From NCBI GenBank assembly GCA_965204725.1, contig OZ242005.1, forward strand, positions 4,288,001 through 4,352,000: a stretch of DNA of 64,000 bases, written 5' to 3'. The notes beneath the pieces were generated by a model, which saw only the letters and a program-made list of their open reading frames with translations, was not told the DNA's origin and searched no databases. This document shows, in pieces, positions 36,266-46,113 of the stretch (the stretch's first letter is position 1; the number at the start of each line of letters is the position of its first letter). Origin of the DNA: Candidatus Latescibacterota bacterium (GTDB lineage: Bacteria; Latescibacterota; UBA2968; UBA8231). Both the position numbers and the translations under genes were made by a program.

Positions 36266-37417
36266 TTACTCGGGGCAAGTGGCGATGCCGTATAGGGCTT
36301 TGCCAATGAAATCGCGCCGCCACCCGCGCAGGAGGCGATGATCCTCGGGCGTGGCAGCCGATTCGGGAAAGAGACCCCCCTGAGCACGCAGCGTGGCAGT
36401 GCCCGCGTCGATGACTAGGTTGCGCACTTCAGCGCGGGTCGCGACAAAGGGCGCGTCAATTTGCGCGGCGTCGCTTTGCCGGCGCAAGTAATTCATGGAC
36501 TGAGCGAGTTTGCGCTCGACGACTTCCTTATCGAGGTCCGGCTGGCGCGGCCGGCGCGGGCACTCCTCGTCGGGGACAGCTAGGCCGCGGTGAATCTGCT
36601 CGAGGATACAGCGGTTGTAGCGGCGACTGCGGAGCGCGTGGATCCGGCTCAGTTCCTCCCGCGACTGGGGCTTGCGCCGGGCTAGCAACACGAGGGTTTC
36701 GTCCGTCAGTACGCGATTGCGCGGCCGGTCGCATCGCTGGGCTTCCTCTTCGCGCCACGCGGCCAATTCGCGGAGGATGGCCAACTCGCGCGAGGACGCT
36801 CGGCCCGTGCCCTTGATCCGCGTGAATTGCTCGCGTGGGTCTCGCTCCTCGTAGAGCCGCGGATCGTCGTACGCGGCCATTTCCTCTGCCAGCCAAGTAC
36901 TGCGACCAATTTCCTCAAGACGCCCCCGCAACACATCGCGCACCTCGTGCAGATAGCGCACGTCCTCAATGGCGTACGCTAGTTGATCCTTGGACAGCGG
37001 GCGGCGGACCCAGTTGGTGAGCGTCTCGGTCTTGTCGAGCACCACGCCGAGGGTCTGCTCCAAAAGCTCGGCCAGCGAAGTGGTGGAACTCATATTGGCA
37101 AGCCCGGCCGCGCAGCGGGTGTCGAAGACGTTGCGCGGAAAAGCACCCGTGACCCGGCGCAGAATCGCCAAGTCTTGTTGGGCGTCGTGGAGGATTAGTT
37201 CAACCTCCGCGTGCTCTAGCAGGGCACCAAGGGGCGAGAGATCCGCAATCGCCACCGAGTCAATCAGGTGGCAACTGTCGCCGGCGAGGGCCAATTGGAT
37301 CACGCCTAACTTGGGATAATAGGTGCGGTTCCAGACAAATTCAGTGTCTAGGGCAACGCGCTCGCAGTCTAAGGCGCGCTCGACGAGTTCGGCAAGCATC
37401 TGTGCGGTGTGGATCAT
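36266..37417 (-). CDS. rnd: Ribonuclease D (DEDD exonuclease plus HRDC)
   Basis: 'ALDTEF..RTYYPKL..IQ','H.AQQDL','FDT','W.RRPLS..QL.YA.EDV', HRDC 'LAAWRE..A...DRP', 'GWR'. Confidence 0.92.
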   Translation of the reverse strand: MIHTAQMLAELVERALDCERVALDTEFVWNRTYYPKLGVIQLALAGDSCHLIDSVAIADLSPLGALLEHAEVELILHDAQQDLAILRRVTGAFPRNVFDTRCAAGLANMSSTTSLAELLEQTLGVVLDKTETLTNWVRRPLSKDQLAYAIEDVRYLHEVRDVLRGRLEEIGRSTWLAEEMAAYDDPRLYEERDPREQFTRIKGTGRASSRELAILRELAAWREEEAQRCDRPRNRVLTDETLVLLARRKPQSREELSRIHALRSRRYNRCILEQIHRGLAVPDEECPRRPRQPDLDKEVVERKLAQSMNYLRRQSDAAQIDAPFVATRAEVRNLVIDAGTATLRAQGGLFPESAATPEDHRLLRGWRRDFIGKALYGIATCPE

Positions 37418-37487
37418 CGGTATGAGGGCATCTGAGAAAGAGGGAATCAGCGCGAAATTAGCAACGTAAAACGATAAGACGAGGGCA

Positions 37488-38786
37488 TTAAGATGACAAG
37501 ATCCAGAAGCGGCGCACCGGGGTTTGCTTTCGGTAGCCGGCCAGCCGAGTGCTGAGCAGCCAAGCCGCAACAAACGCGAGCTGGACCGCACATAAATAAA
37601 AGAGCGGTCCCCGCGGACCAGCCAGTGCATCAGACCACTGGAAACAAGCCCCACCCGCGATGCCGCCAACAAAACCGCCTAGGGCCGAGGCGTACATCGC
37701 AAGGGAGAATCCCTCTGCTTGGTATTCTTTGGAAACGGCGTCGATCATCGCCCGCGACTGGCCCATTTGGTGGCCGCCATCCAGTGCCCCCCAGAGCAGA
37801 TAGACGCCCCCCGCCCAGAGTGCGATCCACGGGAGTTCCGCCGGCAGAAAGAGCCAAGCGGGTGCCATGGCCGCTTGCAGCAACAGGGTGATGGTCAGCG
37901 CTCCTCGGCTGCCGTGCCGGTCCACCATCCGCCCCCAGCCATGCAGTCCGATCACATAGCCGAGAGCTTGTACGGGCATCATCCAGACGAAATAGCTAAC
38001 GGGCAGCCCCCAATCTATCAGTGCCACAACCCACAGCGGAAAGGTCGCAGCTAATACCGCCGTGCGGGCCATGACAAAGAGCGTATATGCGCGCATCTGG
38101 GGCGCGGCTAGTGCTTGGCGCAAGCGATGGAATAGCCCCTCTTTCGGCAGAGACAGCGATCGCTCCGCTACTCCGCGCACCAACAAGGCCCCGCCGCAGG
38201 TAGAAAAAACCGCCAGCGCAAAGAGCGGGCCGAAGGCCCCGGCCTTGGGCTGAGAGCCGAGGTACCAGCCAATCGCGATAGGCAAGACAAGTTCGAGCAG
38301 ACGCTGCTGAAGGCGCATGCGCGTGAGAAAGGCTCCGACCCCACCGCTAGAGGTGTTGTCTTGGACTAGAGGCCACCAAGCGGTGTTGCCCGCTTGCTGT
38401 ATGAGGCCGCGTGTGCTAAACAGGGCTAGCCCGATCCAAGCGGCCCAAGCCCCGTCCGCGCCGTGGAACGCCAACAGTGCCAGTGTCAGCCCAACCGGCA
38501 CCGAGCAGAGTCTGCCCCAAAAGAAAAGCCCGGCCTTCCCCGTACGGTGCATTAGCTGCAACCCGACGACGCGCCCCATCTTCTGGAGGTATTCGCTGGT
38601 GGCGACTAAGCCGATGAGAAAAGGCGAGGCATTAAGAGAGAGCAGAAAGAGGGGGACGAGGGAAGTGAGCAGGGCGTTGTTGATCGAGCCGCTAACGGCG
38701 CAGCCAATCAGCCGCGACTGGCTGCGGCGGCGAGCGGTTGGGGGAAGTCTGTGATCGGGAAGGGCCGTATCTGGGGTGTCGGGCAT
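37488..38786 (-). CDS. Major facilitator superfamily transporter
   Basis: About 12 hydrophobic segments; 'WGRMVDRHGSR' MFS motif A. Confidence 0.85.
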   Translation of the reverse strand: MPDTPDTALPDHRLPPTARRRSQSRLIGCAVSGSINNALLTSLVPLFLLSLNASPFLIGLVATSEYLQKMGRVVGLQLMHRTGKAGLFFWGRLCSVPVGLTLALLAFHGADGAWAAWIGLALFSTRGLIQQAGNTAWWPLVQDNTSSGGVGAFLTRMRLQQRLLELVLPIAIGWYLGSQPKAGAFGPLFALAVFSTCGGALLVRGVAERSLSLPKEGLFHRLRQALAAPQMRAYTLFVMARTAVLAATFPLWVVALIDWGLPVSYFVWMMPVQALGYVIGLHGWGRMVDRHGSRGALTITLLLQAAMAPAWLFLPAELPWIALWAGGVYLLWGALDGGHQMGQSRAMIDAVSKEYQAEGFSLAMYASALGGFVGGIAGGACFQWSDALAGPRGPLFYLCAVQLAFVAAWLLSTRLAGYRKQTPVRRFWILSS

Positions 38787-38831
38787 AAAAAAAGAAAAGA
38801 CCGACGGTACATCTGGGCAAATTGGCCGACT

Positions 38832-40316
38832 TCACGACGCCCCCACAACCTTGTCGGTGCCGACTTGGGGCGGAGTGGGATAGTGCAGGCCGCGTTGACC
38901 GGAGAGGTCGCGGTTGGGACGGGGGGTCCATTGCTGATCGGGCAAGCCGACGAGTTGACCGTCTTGGACCCATGCTTCGTCGCCACCGTAGAGTTCGCCG
39001 ACGAGCCGCTCGCTGAGCTGGGCCTGCGTTGCAGCGTGGTCGGGTGAATCGGCGAGGTCGTTCAACTCGCTCGGATCGCTTTCGAGGTCGAAAAGCTGGA
39101 CGCGGTTGCCCACTGGATAGTAGATCAGCTTGTGTCGCCCCATGCGGATCATGCGAGTGGCCTGCGGCCCTTCGCTGCATTCGCCATAGAGGTACGGGCG
39201 TCGCTCCTCGCCGACCATCGACAGGCCCTCGACGGTGGCGGGGATGTCGATGTCCGCTAGGTCGAGTACAGTCGGCATGACGTCCTGCCAGCCGACGAGG
39301 CGGTCATCGACCGTATGGTGCGGCACCCGTCCGTCGCGGCCTCCGAGTAAGATCATTGGTACGTTGGCCGCCTGCTCGTAGTAGAGCCGCTTGGCCCAGA
39401 GGCCATGGTTGCCGAGCATGTCGCCGTGGTCGGCCGTGAAGCAAATAATGGTATTGCCGAGCAGCCCCTCCTCGCGCAGGGTGCCGATGACTACGCGAAG
39501 TTGGTGGTCAATCTGGGTGCAGAGCGCGTAGAAGGCACGGCGAATGCGCCGAACCTCCGGCCCCTTGAGGTGGGCGTTGGCCCCCTGAATGACTTTGAGC
39601 GCGTAGGGCAAATCATCGAAGCCGCGTACCCAAGTGCCGTGGTGCGGCGCGTCCATATCGATGTCGCGGTACAGGTCGAGGTAGCTCTGCAAGGGGACCA
39701 GCGGTGGGTGCGGATGGCGGAAAGACAGATACCAGAAGCCGGGCTTGGTCGGGTCGCGCCGTTTGATCATCCGGCTCATCTGATGCGCCGCCCAAGTGGT
39801 GGGGTGGCAGTCCTCGGGCAAGTGATAGGGGCGGAAGGAGTACTCATTGTTACTCATGCCGTGGGCGAATCCCATGCCCGCATGGCCTTTGTCTGCGAGG
39901 AAGAGATCGTAGTCGTCAACCGCGCCCAAGTGTGGCCGGCCCTCTTCGTCGAGGAGCACATCGTCGAAGCCAATGCGGTCGCGCTGAGGATAGACGTGGA
40001 GCTTGCCAACGGCATACGCTTGGTAGCCTGCGTTGCGGAAAGTCTGCGCCACGGTCGGCAGATCGGGCATGGGAGCGGTTGGCTTGAAGACCCGGTCGCC
40101 GTGGGTGCGCGGCGAAGTGCCCGTCATCAGGGTACGGCGAGCGGGGATGCAGACCGGGCATTCGCTATAGGCGTTGGAGAAGCGGGTGCCGCTGCGGGCT
40201 AAGGAGTCGAGCGTGGGGGTGAGAATGGCGGGATGGTTGGCTTCGCCCAAGAGGGAAGCGGACCAATGGTCGGTAGTAATCAAGAGGACGTGGGGTCTGT
40301 CGTTTGCCATCGGCAT
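38832..40316 (-). CDS. Sulfatase (formylglycine-dependent, cytoplasmic)
   Basis: 'P.VLLITTD','CIPARRTLMTG','GKLH','ADHG.MLG.H','LFDL..DP.E'. Confidence 0.93.
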   Translation of the reverse strand: MPMANDRPHVLLITTDHWSASLLGEANHPAILTPTLDSLARSGTRFSNAYSECPVCIPARRTLMTGTSPRTHGDRVFKPTAPMPDLPTVAQTFRNAGYQAYAVGKLHVYPQRDRIGFDDVLLDEEGRPHLGAVDDYDLFLADKGHAGMGFAHGMSNNEYSFRPYHLPEDCHPTTWAAHQMSRMIKRRDPTKPGFWYLSFRHPHPPLVPLQSYLDLYRDIDMDAPHHGTWVRGFDDLPYALKVIQGANAHLKGPEVRRIRRAFYALCTQIDHQLRVVIGTLREEGLLGNTIICFTADHGDMLGNHGLWAKRLYYEQAANVPMILLGGRDGRVPHHTVDDRLVGWQDVMPTVLDLADIDIPATVEGLSMVGEERRPYLYGECSEGPQATRMIRMGRHKLIYYPVGNRVQLFDLESDPSELNDLADSPDHAATQAQLSERLVGELYGGDEAWVQDGQLVGLPDQQWTPRPNRDLSGQRGLHYPTPPQVGTDKVVGAS

Positions 40317-40378
40317 CTCTCTCTATCACAGGACTTACGCAAGTGTCATTTGAAGTGATGGTTTTTTGAGTTGTTGTC

Positions 40379-40918
40379 TCATTTGACCAATGCAGCAATT
40401 TGCTTGAACTCCGCTGTCCCCGCCGCCTGTAGCAATTCAAATAGACACATTTCCACCGCCGTGATCTGCGCGCCAGCGGACGCCATTTTTTGTAGTCCGA
40501 GTGCCTTGTTCTCGGCGGTGCGCGAGGAGACGGCGTCGGCGACGACTTCGACTTGGTAGCCTGAGTCGAGCAAATCGCGGGCAGTCTGATAGACGCAGAT
40601 GTGGCTTTCGATCCCGGCCAAGAGAATCTGGCGTCGGCCGCTCTGACGCAGTTGGGCTTGGAAAGCACGGAGGCCACAGGCACTAAAGCAGGTCTTGGTC
40701 AGCGGCCTTTGGCCGGAAAGCAGGTCGGCGACCTCGGGAATGGTGGGACCAAGCCCTTGGGGATATTGCTCCAGCCACAGGATGGGCAACCTTAGAACCT
40801 GTGCGCCCTTAACGAGAATCTGTAGCTGGCAATAGAGCGTCTCGCGCTCGTGCATCAGCGAGGCCAGCTTGCCCTGAATGTCGATGAGGACGAGCGCGGT
40901 GTGGTCGCGGTTGAGCAT
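40379..40918 (-). CDS. Isochorismatase-family cysteine hydrolase
   Basis: 'LVLIDIQGKL','EQYP.GLG.T','KTCFS','GIESHICVYQT','DAVSSR'. Confidence 0.92.
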   Translation of the reverse strand: MLNRDHTALVLIDIQGKLASLMHERETLYCQLQILVKGAQVLRLPILWLEQYPQGLGPTIPEVADLLSGQRPLTKTCFSACGLRAFQAQLRQSGRRQILLAGIESHICVYQTARDLLDSGYQVEVVADAVSSRTAENKALGLQKMASAGAQITAVEMCLFELLQAAGTAEFKQIAALVK

Positions 40919-42063
40919 TAGATGTACCCAGTCGAGCCGTCGGGAAGCGTCGGGCTGGAGCGTTCCCAATGGATGTATTCGTCGTCGGCGATGGCCTCTT
41001 CGTTGACCTCAACGCCGAGCCCCGGCCGGTCCGGCCGCAATTCGAGGTAACCGTCTTTGGGCAGATACGGTGCATCAACCCAGTCGTTCCACTCGGATTC
41101 GGTCGGCAGGAGGTATTCGAGAATTTTGAAGTTGGGAGCCGAGGCGCAAAAATGCAGATTGACCGCGGTCGCCAACGGCCCCATGGGGTTGTGCGGAGCG
41201 ATGCTGATATAGTGGGCTTCGGCAAGGGCGTTGATCTTGCGCATTTCGAGCAGGCCGCCGCAGACGCAGATGTCGGGTTGGATAATATCGGCGCCTTGGT
41301 TGGCGATTAGGTTGAGGAACTCAAAGCGGGCGTAGAGGCTCTCGCCGGTGGCCAACGGCACCTGCATTTGCGCCTTGAGGCTGGTCCACGCCGGAATGTG
41401 CTCGGGGCGCAGGGGCTCTTCGTAGAAAAGGGGGTCGTACGGCGCAAGGGCGTTGGCGAGCTGCAAGGCGCGAATCGGCTCAAAAATTTTGGCGTGCGGG
41501 TCAAAGGCAAATTCCCAGTCGTCGGGGCAGCCAACGCGCAATTCTTCAAAGTACTGGGCCGCGGCCTTGCAGACCCGGCCCCAGCGATGGGCGTCTGGAT
41601 TGAGTCGGTAAGGGCTGGTTTTGAAGGCGGTGAAGCCATACTCCTCGTTCAGACGCCGCGCTTGGTCGGCGGCCTCTTTGCCGTCGCGCCCGCCGATGGA
41701 GCGATAGACGCGCACCCGGTCGCGGGCGTGGCCGCCCAAAAGCTGATAGACCGGGACGCCCGCGGCTTTGCCGGAGATGTCCCATAGCGCGTGGTCAATG
41801 CCGGAGATGGCCGACAGCCCGATGCCGCCCGGTGGAAAGCGGAACTGCTGGTGCAGCTTCATCATGATGAACTCAATCCGCCGCGGGTCAATGCCCTTGA
41901 TTAGCTCAAAGCAGTAATTGACGGTTGGGCCAACGGCTAGATCCGGGCCGATGGAGTACGTCTCGCCCCAGCCAGTGATGCCCTCGTCGGTCTCGACCTT
42001 GACCAAGACGCGGGGGCGGTTGCCGAAGCGGGCGACGATGGGGGTGATGGCGGTAATTTTCAC
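40918..42063 (-). CDS. Mandelate racemase/galactonate dehydratase-like enolase-superfamily acid-sugar dehydratase
   Basis: 'SGIDHALWDISGKAAGVPVYQLLGG','D.H','EEP','TGE','IIQPD','APHNP.GP'. Confidence 0.9.
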   Translation of the reverse strand: MKITAITPIVARFGNRPRVLVKVETDEGITGWGETYSIGPDLAVGPTVNYCFELIKGIDPRRIEFIMMKLHQQFRFPPGGIGLSAISGIDHALWDISGKAAGVPVYQLLGGHARDRVRVYRSIGGRDGKEAADQARRLNEEYGFTAFKTSPYRLNPDAHRWGRVCKAAAQYFEELRVGCPDDWEFAFDPHAKIFEPIRALQLANALAPYDPLFYEEPLRPEHIPAWTSLKAQMQVPLATGESLYARFEFLNLIANQGADIIQPDICVCGGLLEMRKINALAEAHYISIAPHNPMGPLATAVNLHFCASAPNFKILEYLLPTESEWNDWVDAPYLPKDGYLELRPDRPGLGVEVNEEAIADDEYIHWERSSPTLPDGSTGYI

Positions 42064-42074
42064 GGCGGGCCTCG

Positions 42075-43448
42075 CTACTGAAAGAAGAGGGGATAAGGGG
42101 CGTTTTCGGCTTCGCGTTTGATCAGGTTTATCAACTCCATTGCGTGGTAGTCGCCCCACATGGCCGCCTCGCCGCACGGAATGGCGTGGCCCGGGGGCAC
42201 GTAGTCCCAGCCGTTGGGCCGATGGTAAATCGCGTGGAGGGTAATGCCTTGATGTTGGGGATCAACGGCGAGATACGGTTCCTCTAAGAGGGCGCGAGCA
42301 ATGGTGAAGGCCGCGGCGCGATAGCGCGTACCCTTTGCTTGGTCCCCCTTGGACAAATAGTAATTGCCCAAGCGCAAATACCCTTGGCCGCAGACGGCCG
42401 CGGCCGAGCTGTCGAGCGGTTCGATGTCGTTGTGCGGGTCGGAGGGCGCGTCGGTTATCGCGCCAAAAGAGGCGACCCCGGGCGCGCCGGTATCCCAAAA
42501 CGGTACGCCATCGGCAAAGCTGTTGGCGATGTGGAATTCCGCGGTGGCTACGGCGGCTTTTTCCATGATTTGCACCGCGTCGGCCTTGGTGCCGAAAGGC
42601 TCGACGTCGGCCTCGCTGAGAGCGGCGAAATACTCCAACTGCTCGGCGTAGCCAGCGAGCACCCACGATAGCCCGCGCGTCCAAGTCGAAAACGGGGTGT
42701 AGCCCTGTTGGGTGCTGGGGCAGCGGTACTGGCCGTCGCGGATGTTGAAGATGGATTCGTGGGCCACCCGGCCGGGCACGTCAAACGCATCGCGCCCTTC
42801 GCCGTAATAGACGTTGAAACGGGCGTTGGTCTGGGCGTGTTCAATCAAGCGGCCGAGCAGGCTAACGCGCTCGTCGCCTTCGCCCATCAGCGCGTGGCCG
42901 AGCTGGTGGGCAGTCCCCAAGATGCGCAGCGAACGCATGGTGTCGGCAAAGAGCGAATGCGGGCCGTTGAAGGAGTGGATAAAACCCGTGCCGTACGCGG
43001 TCTTGGTCCAGCGGGCGGCCTGCACGGCACCCGACAGCTTGAGGGCCAACTCGTAGAAGTCGAGCTCGCGCTGATCGTGCGGAATGCGGCCTTCGAGCAT
43101 CAGGCGGCGCAAGTTGCCATAGGTGGAGAGGTTGTTGAAGCCGTGGTCGTGGACGCCGATGTGCGAGACGTGCGGCGCCATCTGCGCGATGGTGCGGTCG
43201 CGCCCGAGCGCGAGAAAGCGCCCGTCGTCGACCATGTCGTACTGTAGAATGGCGCAGCCGTATTGGAACCCTTGGGTCCACTCGGTCCAGCCGCGGGTGG
43301 TGTACCGCCCCTGTTGGGTGAAAACCGGGGTGCCGCGATCTGGGTCCCAAGTGCGGTCGAGATCGAGAATCTTGGCACCGGTAAGGGCTAAAAAGCGCTG
43401 GATTGCTGGAAGGAGCTTTTGGGCGTTTAGGTCTAGGTCTGGTTTCAC
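42075..43448 (-). CDS. GH88-like (unsaturated glucuronyl hydrolase-type) alpha/alpha-barrel protein
   Basis: 'GWTEWTQGF','HDHGF','STWTRGLSW','P.WD','DSSAAA','WGDY'; GTG start with RBS GAGG. Confidence 0.82.
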   Translation of the reverse strand: MKPDLDLNAQKLLPAIQRFLALTGAKILDLDRTWDPDRGTPVFTQQGRYTTRGWTEWTQGFQYGCAILQYDMVDDGRFLALGRDRTIAQMAPHVSHIGVHDHGFNNLSTYGNLRRLMLEGRIPHDQRELDFYELALKLSGAVQAARWTKTAYGTGFIHSFNGPHSLFADTMRSLRILGTAHQLGHALMGEGDERVSLLGRLIEHAQTNARFNVYYGEGRDAFDVPGRVAHESIFNIRDGQYRCPSTQQGYTPFSTWTRGLSWVLAGYAEQLEYFAALSEADVEPFGTKADAVQIMEKAAVATAEFHIANSFADGVPFWDTGAPGVASFGAITDAPSDPHNDIEPLDSSAAAVCGQGYLRLGNYYLSKGDQAKGTRYRAAAFTIARALLEEPYLAVDPQHQGITLHAIYHRPNGWDYVPPGHAIPCGEAAMWGDYHAMELINLIKREAENAPYPLFFQ

Positions 43449-43578
43449 AGCGGCTGTTCCTCTCGCTTGGGTTGCGAGAAGATAGGAGGAGGGTGGAGAT
43501 GGGTCAATGCGGATTGGTGAGGCGTTGGTTGCTTGCTTATTTTTACGCGCCGCACAGCCGAGGCCAAGGAGCAGCCAC

Positions 43579-46113
43579 GTGAGCATACCGAGTGAAGGCA
43601 TTGCCTTAAAAGTATCCGACACCGCGGGCATTACCCGCCGAGAGTACCCCCTGACAAGGGGCGTCCCCTTGCCCCAAGGTGCTGTCCTTCAGGCGAGCCA
43701 CCTGTCCTTGCAGGACGCACAGGGCCGGGATGTACCGCTGCAACTCCGGGTCTTAGGCCGCTGGCCGGACGGCAGCGCGAAGTGGGTCTTGTTAGACTTT
43801 CAGGCCAATGTGGAAGCGGGCAAAGAGGCCGTGTACACCTTGCAATACACCGAGGGCCAAAAAGCCGCGGCGAGCGTCCGCGGCGTGGAAATCGCCGAGC
43901 GAGCCGATCGCTTTGAGGTGTGTACCGGCCCCCTGCGATTTGGCGTTGGCAAAAAGGCATTCGCGCTTTTTGACGGAGTAGCGCTAGGGCAGCGCACCGC
44001 GGCGTCGTTTGTCGCCGCAGTCGAAGTTATGCCTCGGGGCGGCGGCGACGCTTGGGCCAAAATCTCCGAGTCCGAGTTCGCTGGCGGAACGCAGCGGCGC
44101 ATCTTCGGAATGGGGGGCCGATGTCTGGCGTCAGCGGGCGTGGAAGAATACGCCGTCGAAATCGAAGAGGCCGGCCCCTTGCGGGCGGTAATTTGCTGCC
44201 GCGGAGCCTACGAATCAACCGCGCCGATGCACCACTATGCCGGCTATCGCCCGCTGCGCTTTGCAACGCGGATATACGCCTATGCTGGCAAGGCGCAGGT
44301 GCGGGTGGTCCACACCGTTGTCGCTACCTGCAATCCGCGCGAGACCGAGGTTGAGGAGTTGGGCTTGCGCGTCCCGCTCTCGCCCGAAGGCCGTGGAACT
44401 TGGCGCGTTGGGGCCGGGCGGGTCCTAGCAGGGCCTTGGGTCCCCGAGTGCTACGCCTTGCTCTCGCAGCGGCTGGACAATCACTTCTATTGGGAGGAGT
44501 ACGAAGGCGTTGAGCGCACCGTGCGGGCCGAAGGCGCGCGTGCGGCCGGCTGGATTTGCGCCGAGAACGACCGCGCCGGCGTCGGCGTCGCGTTGCGCTA
44601 TATGGCCGAAGAGTATCCCAAGGCCCTCGGCGTAGGGCCTCAAGGCGTCGATGTCTTTTTTTGGCGCGACCCAGCGGGCCGCCGGCTCAGTTTCAAACGC
44701 TACGCCGAGGAGGTCGCTTGGCACGAGGGCGAAGGGGTCTATGCCGACGGCACGGGCACCGCCAAGAGCAGCGAATTTTTCGTTGACTTTTTTCGCGCTG
44801 GGGCCGCCGACAGCGAGCGGTTGCAGGGCCTTTTGCACCCGCCACAGGTGAGCGTCGAGCCGGATTGGGTGGTGCGGAGCGGGGCGGTCGGCGGCTTGGC
44901 AACCGGCGCGGAGTTTCCGCGCGCCGACCGCATGTTGACCGGCTTTGTCGCTTGGATGGAAAGGCACATCGAGCGCTATCGCTGGAAGGGGTTTTTCGAT
45001 TGGGGCGACGTCATGGCCACTTGGGAAGAGAGCGCGGGAGGCTGGCGTTTTAAGGGCCGCTGGGGTTGGTGCAACAGCGAATGGGATCCGCGCCACGCCG
45101 TGTGGTTGCAGTACTTGCGCACGGGCGAGGGGCGCTACTACGCGCTCGGCGAGGCCATGACCCGGCACTCGCTAGACGTAGATACCTGCCACTATCACCC
45201 GTTTCGGCCCTACATGGTCGGCGGCTGTTTCCGCCACAGCATGGACCACTTTGGCGACGAGCCGTGCGCTTCGCACACCTTTATCGACAATTGGGTGGAT
45301 TACTACTACTTGAGCGGCGACGAGCGGGCGCGGGAGGTTTTGCGCGAGGCCGGGGAATTTTTCCTGCGCTATCGCTGGAGCGAGGACCCGCGTTATAGCT
45401 TCAGCTTGCGCTCCATCGGCAACGCGCTGCGGGGCTTGCTCTACCTGTATGAGCTAACCGGCGAAGCGCGCTTTATGCGCCGAGCCGAAGCGATATACGA
45501 CGCGGTGGCTCGCGGTCAAAACAAAGACGGCAGTTGGCACAAGCGCTTCCAAGTATCCACAGCGGACAAGCTGCCCGACCAAGGGCCGTACGGCATGGCT
45601 ACCGAGGGCACAACTCTCGCAGTGGAAATGGGCACGGCGGTCCCGTTTAGCGACGAAGAGTTCCTCGCGCTGGGGGGCAGCTTTAGCTCGTTGAAGCGGG
45701 TTTTGCCCTCCGAGGAGCAAAAGGGCTATCAGACTCACTATTTGATGGTTGGGCTGGAGCGGCTCCACCGCATGACCGAGCGCGCGGATGTGGCCGAGGT
45801 CTTCGTGCGGGCTGTCGATTGGTTTTGCGGCGGCCAAGACGCGTTCGACGCCGAGGTTGCCTGCGCCCAAAGCTATCACGGCGTCCTGTGCGGCTCGCTG
45901 GCGTACGCTTGGCGGCTGACCGGAAAGCGCGGCTATCTGGAGGTGGGGCGCGCAGTGCTCGCCGAATTGATCGCCCAGCAAGACTGGAGCGACCGCCCGG
46001 ATTACCGGGGCGCGGTGGTCATGCACCCGACCGCGTTGAGCTTAGTGTTCTTTGGGGTGCCGCCGCTCTTGGGGGCACTCGCAGAAGCAGACTTGGAGGA
46101 ACCATCATGCTAG
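43579..46113 (+). CDS. Exo-rhamnogalacturonan-lyase-like (PcRGLX/YetA-type) large protein
   Basis: N-terminal 'P.T.GVPLP.G...P.Q...L.RWPDGS.KW.LLDF'; 'EEAGPLRAV'; 'W.GFFDWGD','W.NSE','RH..DVD'; RBS AAGGAG. Confidence 0.7.
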   Translation: MSIPSEGIALKVSDTAGITRREYPLTRGVPLPQGAVLQASHLSLQDAQGRDVPLQLRVLGRWPDGSAKWVLLDFQANVEAGKEAVYTLQYTEGQKAAASVRGVEIAERADRFEVCTGPLRFGVGKKAFALFDGVALGQRTAASFVAAVEVMPRGGGDAWAKISESEFAGGTQRRIFGMGGRCLASAGVEEYAVEIEEAGPLRAVICCRGAYESTAPMHHYAGYRPLRFATRIYAYAGKAQVRVVHTVVATCNPRETEVEELGLRVPLSPEGRGTWRVGAGRVLAGPWVPECYALLSQRLDNHFYWEEYEGVERTVRAEGARAAGWICAENDRAGVGVALRYMAEEYPKALGVGPQGVDVFFWRDPAGRRLSFKRYAEEVAWHEGEGVYADGTGTAKSSEFFVDFFRAGAADSERLQGLLHPPQVSVEPDWVVRSGAVGGLATGAEFPRADRMLTGFVAWMERHIERYRWKGFFDWGDVMATWEESAGGWRFKGRWGWCNSEWDPRHAVWLQYLRTGEGRYYALGEAMTRHSLDVDTCHYHPFRPYMVGGCFRHSMDHFGDEPCASHTFIDNWVDYYYLSGDERAREVLREAGEFFLRYRWSEDPRYSFSLRSIGNALRGLLYLYELTGEARFMRRAEAIYDAVARGQNKDGSWHKRFQVSTADKLPDQGPYGMATEGTTLAVEMGTAVPFSDEEFLALGGSFSSLKRVLPSEEQKGYQTHYLMVGLERLHRMTERADVAEVFVRAVDWFCGGQDAFDAEVACAQSYHGVLCGSLAYAWRLTGKRGYLEVGRAVLAELIAQQDWSDRPDYRGAVVMHPTALSLVFFGVPPLLGALAEADLEEPSC

